64,000 nucleotides of DNA from a virus: IMG/VR virus record IMGVR_UViG_3300047310_000715; one strand, 5' to 3'. The notes beneath the pieces were generated by a model. That model was not told the DNA's origin and searched no databases. It worked only from the letters and a program-made list of their open reading frames with translations. Shown piece by piece: positions 25,973 through 33,710 of the stretch. Made by a program: the position numbers and the translations under genes. How positions within the stretch are numbered: position 1 is the stretch's first letter; each line of letters starts with the position of its first letter.

Positions 25973-26158
25973 ATGAGAACCAAAAAACAGAAGTCCGTTC
26001 CGCCGGACCCGACTCCGCCGACTCCCGAGAGCTCGAAGATGAGAGGGTTCCGGTTCCGGCATTCCGAGTATGAGACCTGGCGGGTCCGGGCCCTTCAGGA
26101 AGGCATCGGGATCACGGATCTGATCCGGAAGGCGATGTCGTCCTACCTTTCTTCTTAA
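25973..26158 (+). CDS. Ribbon-helix-helix (CopG/Arc/MetJ-like) DNA-binding protein
   Basis: RGFRF (strand) - HSEYETWRVRALQEG (helix A) - ITDLIRKAMSSYL (helix B). Confidence 0.7.
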   Translation: MRTKKQKSVPPDPTPPTPESSKMRGFRFRHSEYETWRVRALQEGIGITDLIRKAMSSYLSS

Positions 26159-26204
26159 CCGCGCCCACTCTCGTCAAAAAAGAAAGCGCTTACGGCGCTT
26201 AAGA

Positions 26205-26247
26205 TTGTCTAGACAACGTCGTCTAGACAAGTATGATGAGAGACATG
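26205..26247 (+). promoter_or_regulatory. Promoter/operator cassette 5 (leaderless, variant)
   Basis: Boxes 26206-15 and 26220-29 (CGTCTAGACA); TAGACA-N16-TATGAT-N7-ATG(26245). Confidence 0.8.
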
Positions 26248-26832
26248 AAGAAGATGATTCTGGTGGCGACGATGATGCTGGCGAACGCGTGCGCCTACGG
26301 GGCCGGCCCGGTCCCGACGGTCGACCCGGCGCCCCAGGCCGGGCAGGTAGTCGCGAGGGCCGCGGACGTCATCGTGGAGGCGGACGAGACCTTTTTTCAA
26401 CCGGTCCAGGAAGCCGCGACCGAGTGGTCGGCCGCGACCGGGATGTCGTTCCTCGTCGTCTCGGTTCCGGCGGGGTCGGAGTGGCACGACGGGACCTGGC
26501 GGGTCGAGTCGGAAGCGGTAGCGCCCCACTTGGCCGGCACGGGCTGGCGAGCCGAGAACCCGGAGCCCCTGACGGCCCACATCGGGATCGACCCCGCGAT
26601 CGTGGCGGGGTTCGGGTTCACGGAGGACGAGCTCCGCCGGGCGATGCTTCACGAGTTCGGCCACGCGCTCGGGCTCCGGTTCGCCGGTGGCGACCTTCAC
26701 TACGAGGGCCCGCTCCCGAGCGTGATGTATAGCGGGCTCCGGGACGGCCCGAACTGCTCGCTTCACCTCGGGACCCCCGAGCTCGACGCGTGGGACGTAG
26801 CGTCACCGGCCTTCCCCCGAACGGCTCGCTAA
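26245..26832 (+). CDS. Putative lipoprotein zinc metalloprotease (matrixin/M10-like)
   Basis: MKK + hydrophobic + ANAC lipobox-like; AMLHEFGHALGL (HExxHxxGxxH-like) and SVMY Met-turn. Confidence 0.8.
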   Translation: MKKMILVATMMLANACAYGAGPVPTVDPAPQAGQVVARAADVIVEADETFFQPVQEAATEWSAATGMSFLVVSVPAGSEWHDGTWRVESEAVAPHLAGTGWRAENPEPLTAHIGIDPAIVAGFGFTEDELRRAMLHEFGHALGLRFAGGDLHYEGPLPSVMYSGLRDGPNCSLHLGTPELDAWDVASPAFPRTAR

Positions 26833-26879
26833 CCTGGGGATAACTTGTAGGGGTCCGGTGGGGGCGTCATAGACCCCTC

Positions 26880-27263
26880 GTGGCGAAGCTGAAGCCGGTC
26901 TTCTGGTTCGGGTTCCGCGACGACCGCCACCGCGCGTGGCGGGTCTACTTCGCGACCCCCGAGATAGTCGCCGGCTTCGGTCGTAACGCTGACGGGATCG
27001 ACGACCACGCGTTCGTCGAGTTCACCGCCCGGCGGATCTACCTGAATCCCCGGGCTCCCCGTGGGACCTGGGAAACGACGCTCCTCCACGAACTCGGGCA
27101 CGTTGCGCTCGAGGACACCGGGTTCGAATACAAGGAGCAGTTCATCGAATGTCACGCCGTTCATCAGCTACCGATCCTAAGGTCCGTCGGGTTCCGGTTC
27201 CCAAGTCCTCCGCGGGCAGCGTTCACGCTCCGGAGGCGGAAGTCTCCGCGACCCCGTTCCTAG
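26880..27263 (+). CDS. Zincin-like HExxH protein
   Basis: IYLNP..TTLLHELGHVAL..EQFIE. Confidence 0.65.
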   Translation: MAKLKPVFWFGFRDDRHRAWRVYFATPEIVAGFGRNADGIDDHAFVEFTARRIYLNPRAPRGTWETTLLHELGHVALEDTGFEYKEQFIECHAVHQLPILRSVGFRFPSPPRAAFTLRRRKSPRPRS

Positions 27264-27280
27264 GGGTTCGGCGAGGCGGA

Positions 27281-28663
27281 GTGCCGAGCGCGAGCGTCGG
27301 CGAGCTCGAACAGCTCAAGCAGTTCGTCACGACTCCAACGCAGCTTGCGAAGATCGACCTTACGATTGAGTGCGGTGGGAACGCGCACGAAGCAGCGCGC
27401 CGCATGGGGATATCGCCGTCGAGCATCCTGCACGCGCTCGGAGTCGTCCGGAAGTTCGCAGCCTCGCAGGGGCTCGCGCCCGCGTACGGATGGCAGAAGC
27501 CGGTTCCGGAACCGATGCGGCTGAAGGGGAACTCGGACCATTACGAGAAGGGAAAGCTGACGAAGCAGTGGGTGAAGAGCGAGCGCGGCCCCTCGGGGAA
27601 ACCAAAGGTCGATCCGCTCCCGCCGAACTTCTCGCTCGAGCGTGTCTCGACCATGTATGGGCGTCAGGGCGAGGTCCTGATCCAGCACCAGCGCGCGGTC
27701 GCGGACAAGAACCAGAAGAACCTGGAGGAGTTCTGGCGACAGGCGAAGCAGCACGCGAAGCAGTACCGGGGGCTCTCGAAGCCTTCGAAGCCGATGCCGA
27801 TGAAGCGTCTCGACCTCCTGAGCACGTACGTGCTCGGCGATCCCCACATCGGGATGCTGGCGTGGGGGCGCGAGACCGGCGGCCGCGACTTCGACTTGAA
27901 GATCGCGCAGGAGCAGCTTTACCGGTGCGTCGAGATGCTGGTCGAGATGGCCCCGCCGGCGAAGGAAGCCTTCATCGTCGATGTCGGAGACTTCTTTCAC
28001 GCCGATGACGACAACCAACTGACGCCCCGCGGTCATAACAAGGTCGACGTCGACTCCCGCCAGGGGAAGGTGATCCGGGTCGGGCTCGACCTGTTTCGTC
28101 GCCTCATCGACCTCTGCAAGCAGAAGCACGAGCTCGTGACGGTCGATATCCGGCGGGGCAACCACGACCCGAAGCTCTCGACGGTCCTCCAGATGTTGCT
28201 GCTCGAGATGTACCGGAACGACGACCGGGTCGTGATCGAGGAGAACCTGAATCCGTTCGCCTACAAGCTGTTCGGGAAGAATCTGATCGGGACCTGCCAC
28301 GGCGACGAGACGCGGCCCGAACAACTCCCGGGCGTGATGGCGACCGACTGCGGTCCGAACGGGATCCCGGGTTGCCGGAGCTACTGGGGTAAGGCGAACT
28401 ACAAGGTCTGGATCCTCGGGCACATCCATCACAAGAAGGTCGTGAAGGTCGAGGAATACCCGGACGTAAAGATGGAGTACTTCAACACGTTAGCCCCACG
28501 CGACGCTTGGCATAACGGAGCCGCGTACCGGTCGAGCCAGTACCTCCAGGTGATCAGCTTCGACCGCGAGTACGGCGAATGCCATAGGGCGACGGTCGAC
28601 GCGCGGCGCGTTGACGCCTACATCGAGCAGCGCCTGAAGGGCGCGAAGGAACGAAAGCGATGA
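27281..28663 (+). CDS. HTH + calcineurin-like metallophosphoesterase
   Basis: GDPHIG, DVGDFFH, RGNHD, CHGD, GHIHH; N-terminal NAHEAARRMGISPSSI HTH. Confidence 0.85.
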   Translation: MPSASVGELEQLKQFVTTPTQLAKIDLTIECGGNAHEAARRMGISPSSILHALGVVRKFAASQGLAPAYGWQKPVPEPMRLKGNSDHYEKGKLTKQWVKSERGPSGKPKVDPLPPNFSLERVSTMYGRQGEVLIQHQRAVADKNQKNLEEFWRQAKQHAKQYRGLSKPSKPMPMKRLDLLSTYVLGDPHIGMLAWGRETGGRDFDLKIAQEQLYRCVEMLVEMAPPAKEAFIVDVGDFFHADDDNQLTPRGHNKVDVDSRQGKVIRVGLDLFRRLIDLCKQKHELVTVDIRRGNHDPKLSTVLQMLLLEMYRNDDRVVIEENLNPFAYKLFGKNLIGTCHGDETRPEQLPGVMATDCGPNGIPGCRSYWGKANYKVWILGHIHHKKVVKVEEYPDVKMEYFNTLAPRDAWHNGAAYRSSQYLQVISFDREYGECHRATVDARRVDAYIEQRLKGAKERKR

Positions 28664-28818
28664 TCAAGAAAACGAAACAGGGGCACCAGGTCACGAGCGA
28701 AGCGGGGAAGCCGCTCAGCCGCCCGGACCTGACGATGAGCGAGGCGAAGGAACGGTTGGCCGAAGTCGAACACTTCAAGCGAAAGGGAGCGGGCCGTGGC
28801 GCAAAGAAGGCACGCTAG
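28660..28818 (+). CDS. Small basic phage protein (52 aa, not in ORF track)
   Basis: ATGA overlap; MIKKTKQGHQVTSEAGKPL..EAKERLAEVEHFK. Confidence 0.65.
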   Translation: MIKKTKQGHQVTSEAGKPLSRPDLTMSEAKERLAEVEHFKRKGAGRGAKKAR

Positions 28819-29035
28819 AGGCAGCGCTCCGAAGTCCCGGGGGCCGAAGGAGCACGAGTGCGCGGTCCCGCCGGATCGCCCTATTCCGTGGGAGGCGACC
28901 CGGACGTCGTGCGGCCAACCCGTCGAAGGGTCGGCTCCGTTCCGCGTGATGGCCCAGACGTGGTTCGAGGCCCGTAAGGCTGCGCTCATTCACTTCGGGG
29001 TCGGGCAGGCCGAGATTACGGTCCGGCAGGTCTGA
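28796..29035 (+). CDS. Hypothetical protein
   Basis: GGGAG RBS; its TGA supplies the first base of palindrome copy 6. Confidence 0.55.
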   Translation: MAQRRHARGSAPKSRGPKEHECAVPPDRPIPWEATRTSCGQPVEGSAPFRVMAQTWFEARKAALIHFGVGQAEITVRQV

Positions 29036-29054
29036 CCGCGCCGCGCGGCGCGGT
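29035..29054. repeat. 20-bp palindrome copy 6 (within 32-bp repeat 29032-29063)
   Basis: Exact match; CTG-palindrome-GGTTGAACG. Confidence 0.95.
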
Positions 29055-29091
29055 GGTTGAACGGCCCCCCGGGGGGTGCGAGGCTCCCGAG

Positions 29092-29322
29092 ATGGCAGAT
29101 CCCCGCGACGACCTCGACCCGGCCGACGGCGGGGAAGTTCACGACCTCGAGATTCGGAAGATCACTGACGACGAGTTCGGGCTCGTCGTCACGCTCAACG
29201 AGGACCCGGGACCGGACGAGCGGAAGGGATTCTGGATCCAGCTCGATCGCGAGTCTCTCGAGGAGCTCGTTCAAGACGCGACAGAAGCGCTCCGCCGGGA
29301 TCCGCCCCAGCGCCCCAACTGA
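29092..29322 (+). CDS. Acidic hypothetical protein
   Basis: ATG 29092 after GAGG. Confidence 0.6.
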   Translation: MADPRDDLDPADGGEVHDLEIRKITDDEFGLVVTLNEDPGPDERKGFWIQLDRESLEELVQDATEALRRDPPQRPN

Positions 29323-29325
29323 GCC

Positions 29326-29706
29326 GTGGCTTCCGACTTCGAGGACGTGACGCTCCCGTACCGGGACGGGAAGAAGGGGTACGGGGGGAAGATCACGCGT
29401 TCCCAGTTCGACGCCGCGGATATTCGCGACGTGCCGATCCGGGATCTTCACGCGGTCCAGCACACGGTTCGAAAGTCGCGCGTCCAGCACTACGTCGAGC
29501 GGGGCGGGAAAGGCGAACCGGACGACGTCTCGAAGAACGGTTTCGCGCAGGACCTACCGATCGTGGTCGCGAGCGGGGGCGTCCTGTACCTGCACAACGG
29601 TCATCACCGGGTCGAGGCCAACCGGATTCTCGGGAACCGAACCGTCAGGGCTCGCGTCGTCCGGGTCCCACGGCCGGGACTCCAGGCCTGGGCGGAACGC
29701 GAATAA
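29326..29706 (+). CDS. Stand-alone ParB/Srx N-terminal domain protein
   Basis: VPIRDL..LPIVV..G.LYLHNGHHRVEANRILG..V.ARVV. Confidence 0.75.
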   Translation: MASDFEDVTLPYRDGKKGYGGKITRSQFDAADIRDVPIRDLHAVQHTVRKSRVQHYVERGGKGEPDDVSKNGFAQDLPIVVASGGVLYLHNGHHRVEANRILGNRTVRARVVRVPRPGLQAWAERE

Positions 29707-29986
29707 CGACGGGGGCGATCGCTTTTTCTTTCCCGACCGATATCGGAGTGATTACGATCTGATCATCAAGCGGGAGCTCGCGCAGAAGGGCCCAGGATCG
29801 CCACTCGATGACGTCCTGGTAGCAGAGGTCGCAGAGCTCCGGCATATCGTCGCCGCAGCCCTGGCAGAAGCCGCGCCAGCGCTCGCACCCCCCGCAGAGG
29901 AATTCGAGGCATCCGCGGCAGTCCCCCTTGTGGACTTCGGGATGAAGGGGTAACTGCGCGGAACGGTGAAGCTCTTGCGTTGCCAT
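29645..29986 (-). CDS. Cys-rich hypothetical protein
   Basis: Four CxxC pairs (CRGC, CGGC, CQGC, CDLC); fills gap on minus strand. Confidence 0.5.
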   Translation of the reverse strand: MATQELHRSAQLPLHPEVHKGDCRGCLEFLCGGCERWRGFCQGCGDDMPELCDLCYQDVIEWRSWALLRELPLDDQIVITPISVGKEKAIAPVVIRVPPRPGVPAVGPGRREP

Positions 29987-30020
29987 TGACCCCGGATGGC
30001 GCCCGCGGCATGGTCGGGCG

Positions 30021-30296
30021 ATGGCGAAACGATTCGAAGAAGTACATCAGGCGCCCCAGGAACAGAGCGCTCTCGCGGAGCTCAAGATCCTGAATCAGAA
30101 GGTCGACGAAGCGATCGCGACCGACACGAGACTCGCGGACGAATGCGCCCGACTCGAGTCGCACCGAAAGCAGGCCTGGGATGACTTCCAAGCCACGAAG
30201 CAGATCCTGACCCGGATGGTCACGGCCGCTCAACGGTCGAAGGACTTCCCCCCCTCGCTCTGCGAGGAAGCAGCCGACTTTCTCACCCGGAGGTAA
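30021..30296 (+). CDS. Coiled-coil hypothetical protein
   Basis: Heptad pattern; ends with GGAGG RBS for next gene. Confidence 0.65.
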   Translation: MAKRFEEVHQAPQEQSALAELKILNQKVDEAIATDTRLADECARLESHRKQAWDDFQATKQILTRMVTAAQRSKDFPPSLCEEAADFLTRR

Positions 30297-30298
30297 CG

Positions 30299-31006
30299 AT
30301 GCTGATCGCGATCCTGAACAAGTCGGCGCACTTTACCGGACTACCGAACCTCGTCGAAGCGATGGCGGAAGCGGTCCAGCAACAGATTCAGCGCCACGCG
30401 AGCGTCGCGTGGGGACGAGCCGCCTGGGCGGTCCAGTACTTCCGCGACGTCACCGCGGTCCCGAAGTCGGCATCGCGGCTCTGGTTGCTCGACAATCCGG
30501 ATGTCGCGGGCGCCCTCGGGTATCACGACCAAGATCCGCACGGGTATCCGTACGGGAAGGTTTTCGTCGATCTGATTCTCCAGAACGGCGGGACCGAGAT
30601 TGATGGTCCGAATTCCGTGTCCGTGACGCTCTCGCACGAGGCGCTCGAGATCTACGGGGACCCGATCGCGAACCGCTGGGCCCAGATGCCGAACGGAACC
30701 CTGATCGCGCTCGAGCTTTGCGACCCCGTCGAAGGCGACAGCTATCCGATGAAGCTCTCGACCGGGACCTCACCGGTGAGCGTGTCGAACTTCGTGTTCC
30801 CCGAGTACTTCGACGGAAAACCAACGAGCCGAAGATTCGACCAACTCGGAAAACTCGCGGCTCCCTACTCGATGGACGCGGGTGGTTACCAGATCCTGAT
30901 GGACGGCGGCCAGGTCCGGAGCGTCTTTGGGGCCGCGTTCCCGGCCTGGAAGCACGGCGCGAAGCAATTCGCCGGTTCCCGTACGGCTCGCCGGCGCCAT
31001 CCCTGA
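30299..31006 (+). CDS. Zincin-like (HExxE) hypothetical protein
   Basis: GALGYHD..SVTLSHEALEIYGDP..ELCDPVE. Confidence 0.65.
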   Translation: MLIAILNKSAHFTGLPNLVEAMAEAVQQQIQRHASVAWGRAAWAVQYFRDVTAVPKSASRLWLLDNPDVAGALGYHDQDPHGYPYGKVFVDLILQNGGTEIDGPNSVSVTLSHEALEIYGDPIANRWAQMPNGTLIALELCDPVEGDSYPMKLSTGTSPVSVSNFVFPEYFDGKPTSRRFDQLGKLAAPYSMDAGGYQILMDGGQVRSVFGAAFPAWKHGAKQFAGSRTARRRHP

Positions 31007-31010
31007 CCTG

Positions 31011-31154
31011 ATGAAGCTCGACCGAGCCGCCGACGACGCAGCCTGGATCCTCTTGGCCGTCTTCGTCGTGGTCGCGTACGCGGGCGCCGTGACGGCCCTG
31101 ACGGGCTTGGCGCTCGCGTCCTGGGTCGAGGAAAAGGCAAAGGGACGAACATGA
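31011..31154 (+). CDS. Small single-TM protein
   Basis: Long hydrophobic stretch; ATGA overlap. Confidence 0.5.
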   Translation: MKLDRAADDAAWILLAVFVVVAYAGAVTALTGLALASWVEEKAKGRT

Positions 31155-31711
31155 GCAACCAACACGTTGTACTTAGCGATCCGACGGGGAACTTCTGGAA
31201 CGGCGCGTTCGTCTCGCGCGAGAAGGCGACCGCGCTCGAGGCGATGGGGGCGACGACGATCCCGGTCGTGCCCGAGATGATGCTCCGGAACGGCGCTGGT
31301 GGTTACGTGGTGCGGTCCTGGGGAGCCGGGTGGCCACTCTCGCAACATCCGTCGGCGGTCGCGAAGCTTTTGATGTTCTGCGACCCGGCGTTCCCGCGGT
31401 TTCACTGGCGAGCCCGTGTGCGGCTCAACGCCGGCGTGAAGATCGAGGACGTCACGCAGGACGCGTCCGTTAGGTTCGCGCCCGACGGCGCCCAGCATAT
31501 GTCGATGCTGGTTGGGGTTCAGGCCGGTGGGGAGCAGGGGGCGCTCGCCCGAATCTCGGACGCCGTCACGATTCACCCGAGCGATGATTCTTGGATCGTC
31601 GGGGGAGAGGTCGCGATGGCGGTCCGGACGATCGGGTACGCGGGGTTCGCGCTCTTCGGCCACGGCAAGGGCCTCTCGGTCGAATGGGCAGCCGTCTCCC
31701 AGACGGCGTAA
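31151..31711 (+). CDS. Hypothetical, possibly structural, protein
   Basis: AAGGGA RBS; beta-rich C-terminus. Confidence 0.65.
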   Translation: MSNQHVVLSDPTGNFWNGAFVSREKATALEAMGATTIPVVPEMMLRNGAGGYVVRSWGAGWPLSQHPSAVAKLLMFCDPAFPRFHWRARVRLNAGVKIEDVTQDASVRFAPDGAQHMSMLVGVQAGGEQGALARISDAVTIHPSDDSWIVGGEVAMAVRTIGYAGFALFGHGKGLSVEWAAVSQTA

Positions 31712-31720
31712 CATCCCGGG

Positions 31721-32104
31721 ATGGAGCAGAAGGACATCTCGTTCCCGCGCGGCGACACGTACGCGTTCGAGGTCGTCGCGAAGCGGCCGGATCCCGCGAC
31801 CGGGTTCCTACAGGTAATCGACCTGACGGCCGGCAAGGCGTGGTTCACGGCCAAGCGGACCGTATCGGACCAGGACGCATCCGCGACGATCGCGCTCTCG
31901 ACCACGACCTCGGGAGTCGCGATCGTCGATGCTCTCGGGGGCCGGGTTCGGGTCACGATCCCGCCGGCCCCGACGCTCGCGTTGCCCGATAACCCCGTGA
32001 ACCTCCGGTACGACGTCCAGGTGATGGACTCGACCGGGAACGTCACGACCGTCCAGACCGGGATCTGTTCGGTCGTACCGGACGTCACGCGCGCTACCTC
32101 CTGA
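31721..32104 (+). CDS. BppU N-terminal-like Ig-fold structural protein
   Basis: RGDT..DLT..AWFTAK..GRVRVTIP..YDVQV..V.T pattern. Confidence 0.7.
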   Translation: MEQKDISFPRGDTYAFEVVAKRPDPATGFLQVIDLTAGKAWFTAKRTVSDQDASATIALSTTTSGVAIVDALGGRVRVTIPPAPTLALPDNPVNLRYDVQVMDSTGNVTTVQTGICSVVPDVTRATS

Positions 32105-32123
32105 CCGCGCCGCGCGGCGCGGT
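32104..32123. repeat. 20-bp palindrome copy 7 (within 32-bp repeat 32101-32132)
   Basis: Exact match; CTG-palindrome-GGTTGAACG, again starting on a TGA stop. Confidence 0.95.
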
Positions 32124-32159
32124 GGTTGAACGCCCGCGGGGCGGCTGCCACGGTAGGGG

Positions 32160-32990
32160 ATGCGATTCGGCAAGGCCTTCAGCCGCTCCGTCGGCGCCGC
32201 TACGTTTCCGACGCTCGGGACCGACTCGGCCCCGACCGACGCCCCTCAGAACACGTCGAACAACCCCGAGTTCGACTGCGTAATCAGCAACATCAACGGG
32301 TTCCCGATCCAAAACATCGTGGTCGGGTACCAGTACGTTGGGTCGGGAAGTCCGAACTCGATGTCGGTCGCGCTTTACGTGTACGACGACATCACGCAGG
32401 CCTGGTACCTGAGCGCGACCCAAACGGTCGACCCCGGGAAGCTCTCGTACTTCACGGTGCCGGCGCTGACGAACAGGGCCGAGAATTCGGCCGGATCGAT
32501 CAGCGCGTTCCTGCTCGTGACGCCTCCCGGGGGAGACGCCACCGGCACCTATACGTTCACGATGGGGGGAGACCTCGGGGCCGGAACCGTCAACGTCACG
32601 GCGACTGTTTCGACGGCGGGACTCGCGACGAGCGCGCTTCAGACGAGCGCGAACACGAAGCTCGATACCCTCCATGCCGACCTCGGGACAACCCTTCACA
32701 CGGATCTCGCGACGACGCTCGCGGGAAAACTCGATACCCTTCACACCGACATACTCGCGCTGAAGGACCCCAACACCCTTACGGCGATCACGCCGAGCGA
32801 TTCTACGGACGTCACCGCTACTTGTACCAAGGGGCTGTTCGTAGCCGTGACGGGCAACGTCAACGTCACGGGCGTTGGCGGAACTGCTCAATCGCTCGGT
32901 ACCCAGGTTGCCGGCACGCGGATCCGGATCGCCCTCAGCAAGGTCAATGCAGCAACGACCGCGACGGTATTTGGTCTATCGGGGCCCTGA
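32160..32990 (+). CDS. Structural protein with C-terminal head-spike-base-like (Rcc01079-like) domain
   Basis: AITPSDSTD..GLFVAVTGNVNV..AGTRIRI..KVNAATTA pattern. Confidence 0.6.
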   Translation: MRFGKAFSRSVGAATFPTLGTDSAPTDAPQNTSNNPEFDCVISNINGFPIQNIVVGYQYVGSGSPNSMSVALYVYDDITQAWYLSATQTVDPGKLSYFTVPALTNRAENSAGSISAFLLVTPPGGDATGTYTFTMGGDLGAGTVNVTATVSTAGLATSALQTSANTKLDTLHADLGTTLHTDLATTLAGKLDTLHTDILALKDPNTLTAITPSDSTDVTATCTKGLFVAVTGNVNVTGVGGTAQSLGTQVAGTRIRIALSKVNAATTATVFGLSGP

Positions 32991-33710
32991 ATGCCGCAAG
33001 ACTGGCAAGACTGGCGGGGTTGGTCTCCGTTTGATGTCCCCGAAACAGTCGCGTGGTTCGGGGCACGTGAACGCGTTACGAATGTTTCGGGCGCCGCAAG
33101 CGCATGGGCTACAACGGCACCACCCGCTGCTTTCACGGGCACACAGAGCAACGCTAGCTTGCGCCCCGCAATCGCGAACGGTATTAATGGCCGACCCACG
33201 ATCGCTTTCACTATCGGCAGTAATCAGCTCTTAGCCGACACCACCGACATCCTAGCGGCAGGAGCCCCTCGCTACGCGCTAGCAGTCGCGAAAGCCAGCA
33301 CCTCGGTAGGCGGCACGATCTTTCAATTCAGAACGACGGGTGCAGTATCGATCCTATACCCTACCAACATAGGCGGTGCTTGTTACTATTGGAACGACGG
33401 TGTCGGAGGACTTGCTTCCGAACTCACGGCGACCGCACCAGACATCACTCAACCATTCTTGATCGAATGGGAATTGACAGTAGGCGCTCCAGTAGTCGTG
33501 CGCGTGAACGGCGTAACGCGCGTATTGACGTCGTCAAATGTGTCGTCGGATATTGGCACGTCTGGGTTTAAGATCGGCGAGAGCTACGCCGGTCAGCCGT
33601 GGGGGGGTGACGTCGCCGATATCTACATCGCGTCTGGAATCCCTTCTGCATCGGACCGCGCAAAACTTCGAACATTCTTCTCTACAGCGAACGGATTGAC
33701 ACCCCTATGA
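32991..33710 (+). CDS. LamG/concanavalin-A-like fibre domain protein
   Basis: AWF..P..NGINGRPTIAF..FKIG..WGGDVADIYI..KLRTF pattern. Confidence 0.65.
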   Translation: MPQDWQDWRGWSPFDVPETVAWFGARERVTNVSGAASAWATTAPPAAFTGTQSNASLRPAIANGINGRPTIAFTIGSNQLLADTTDILAAGAPRYALAVAKASTSVGGTIFQFRTTGAVSILYPTNIGGACYYWNDGVGGLASELTATAPDITQPFLIEWELTVGAPVVVRVNGVTRVLTSSNVSSDIGTSGFKIGESYAGQPWGGDVADIYIASGIPSASDRAKLRTFFSTANGLTPL

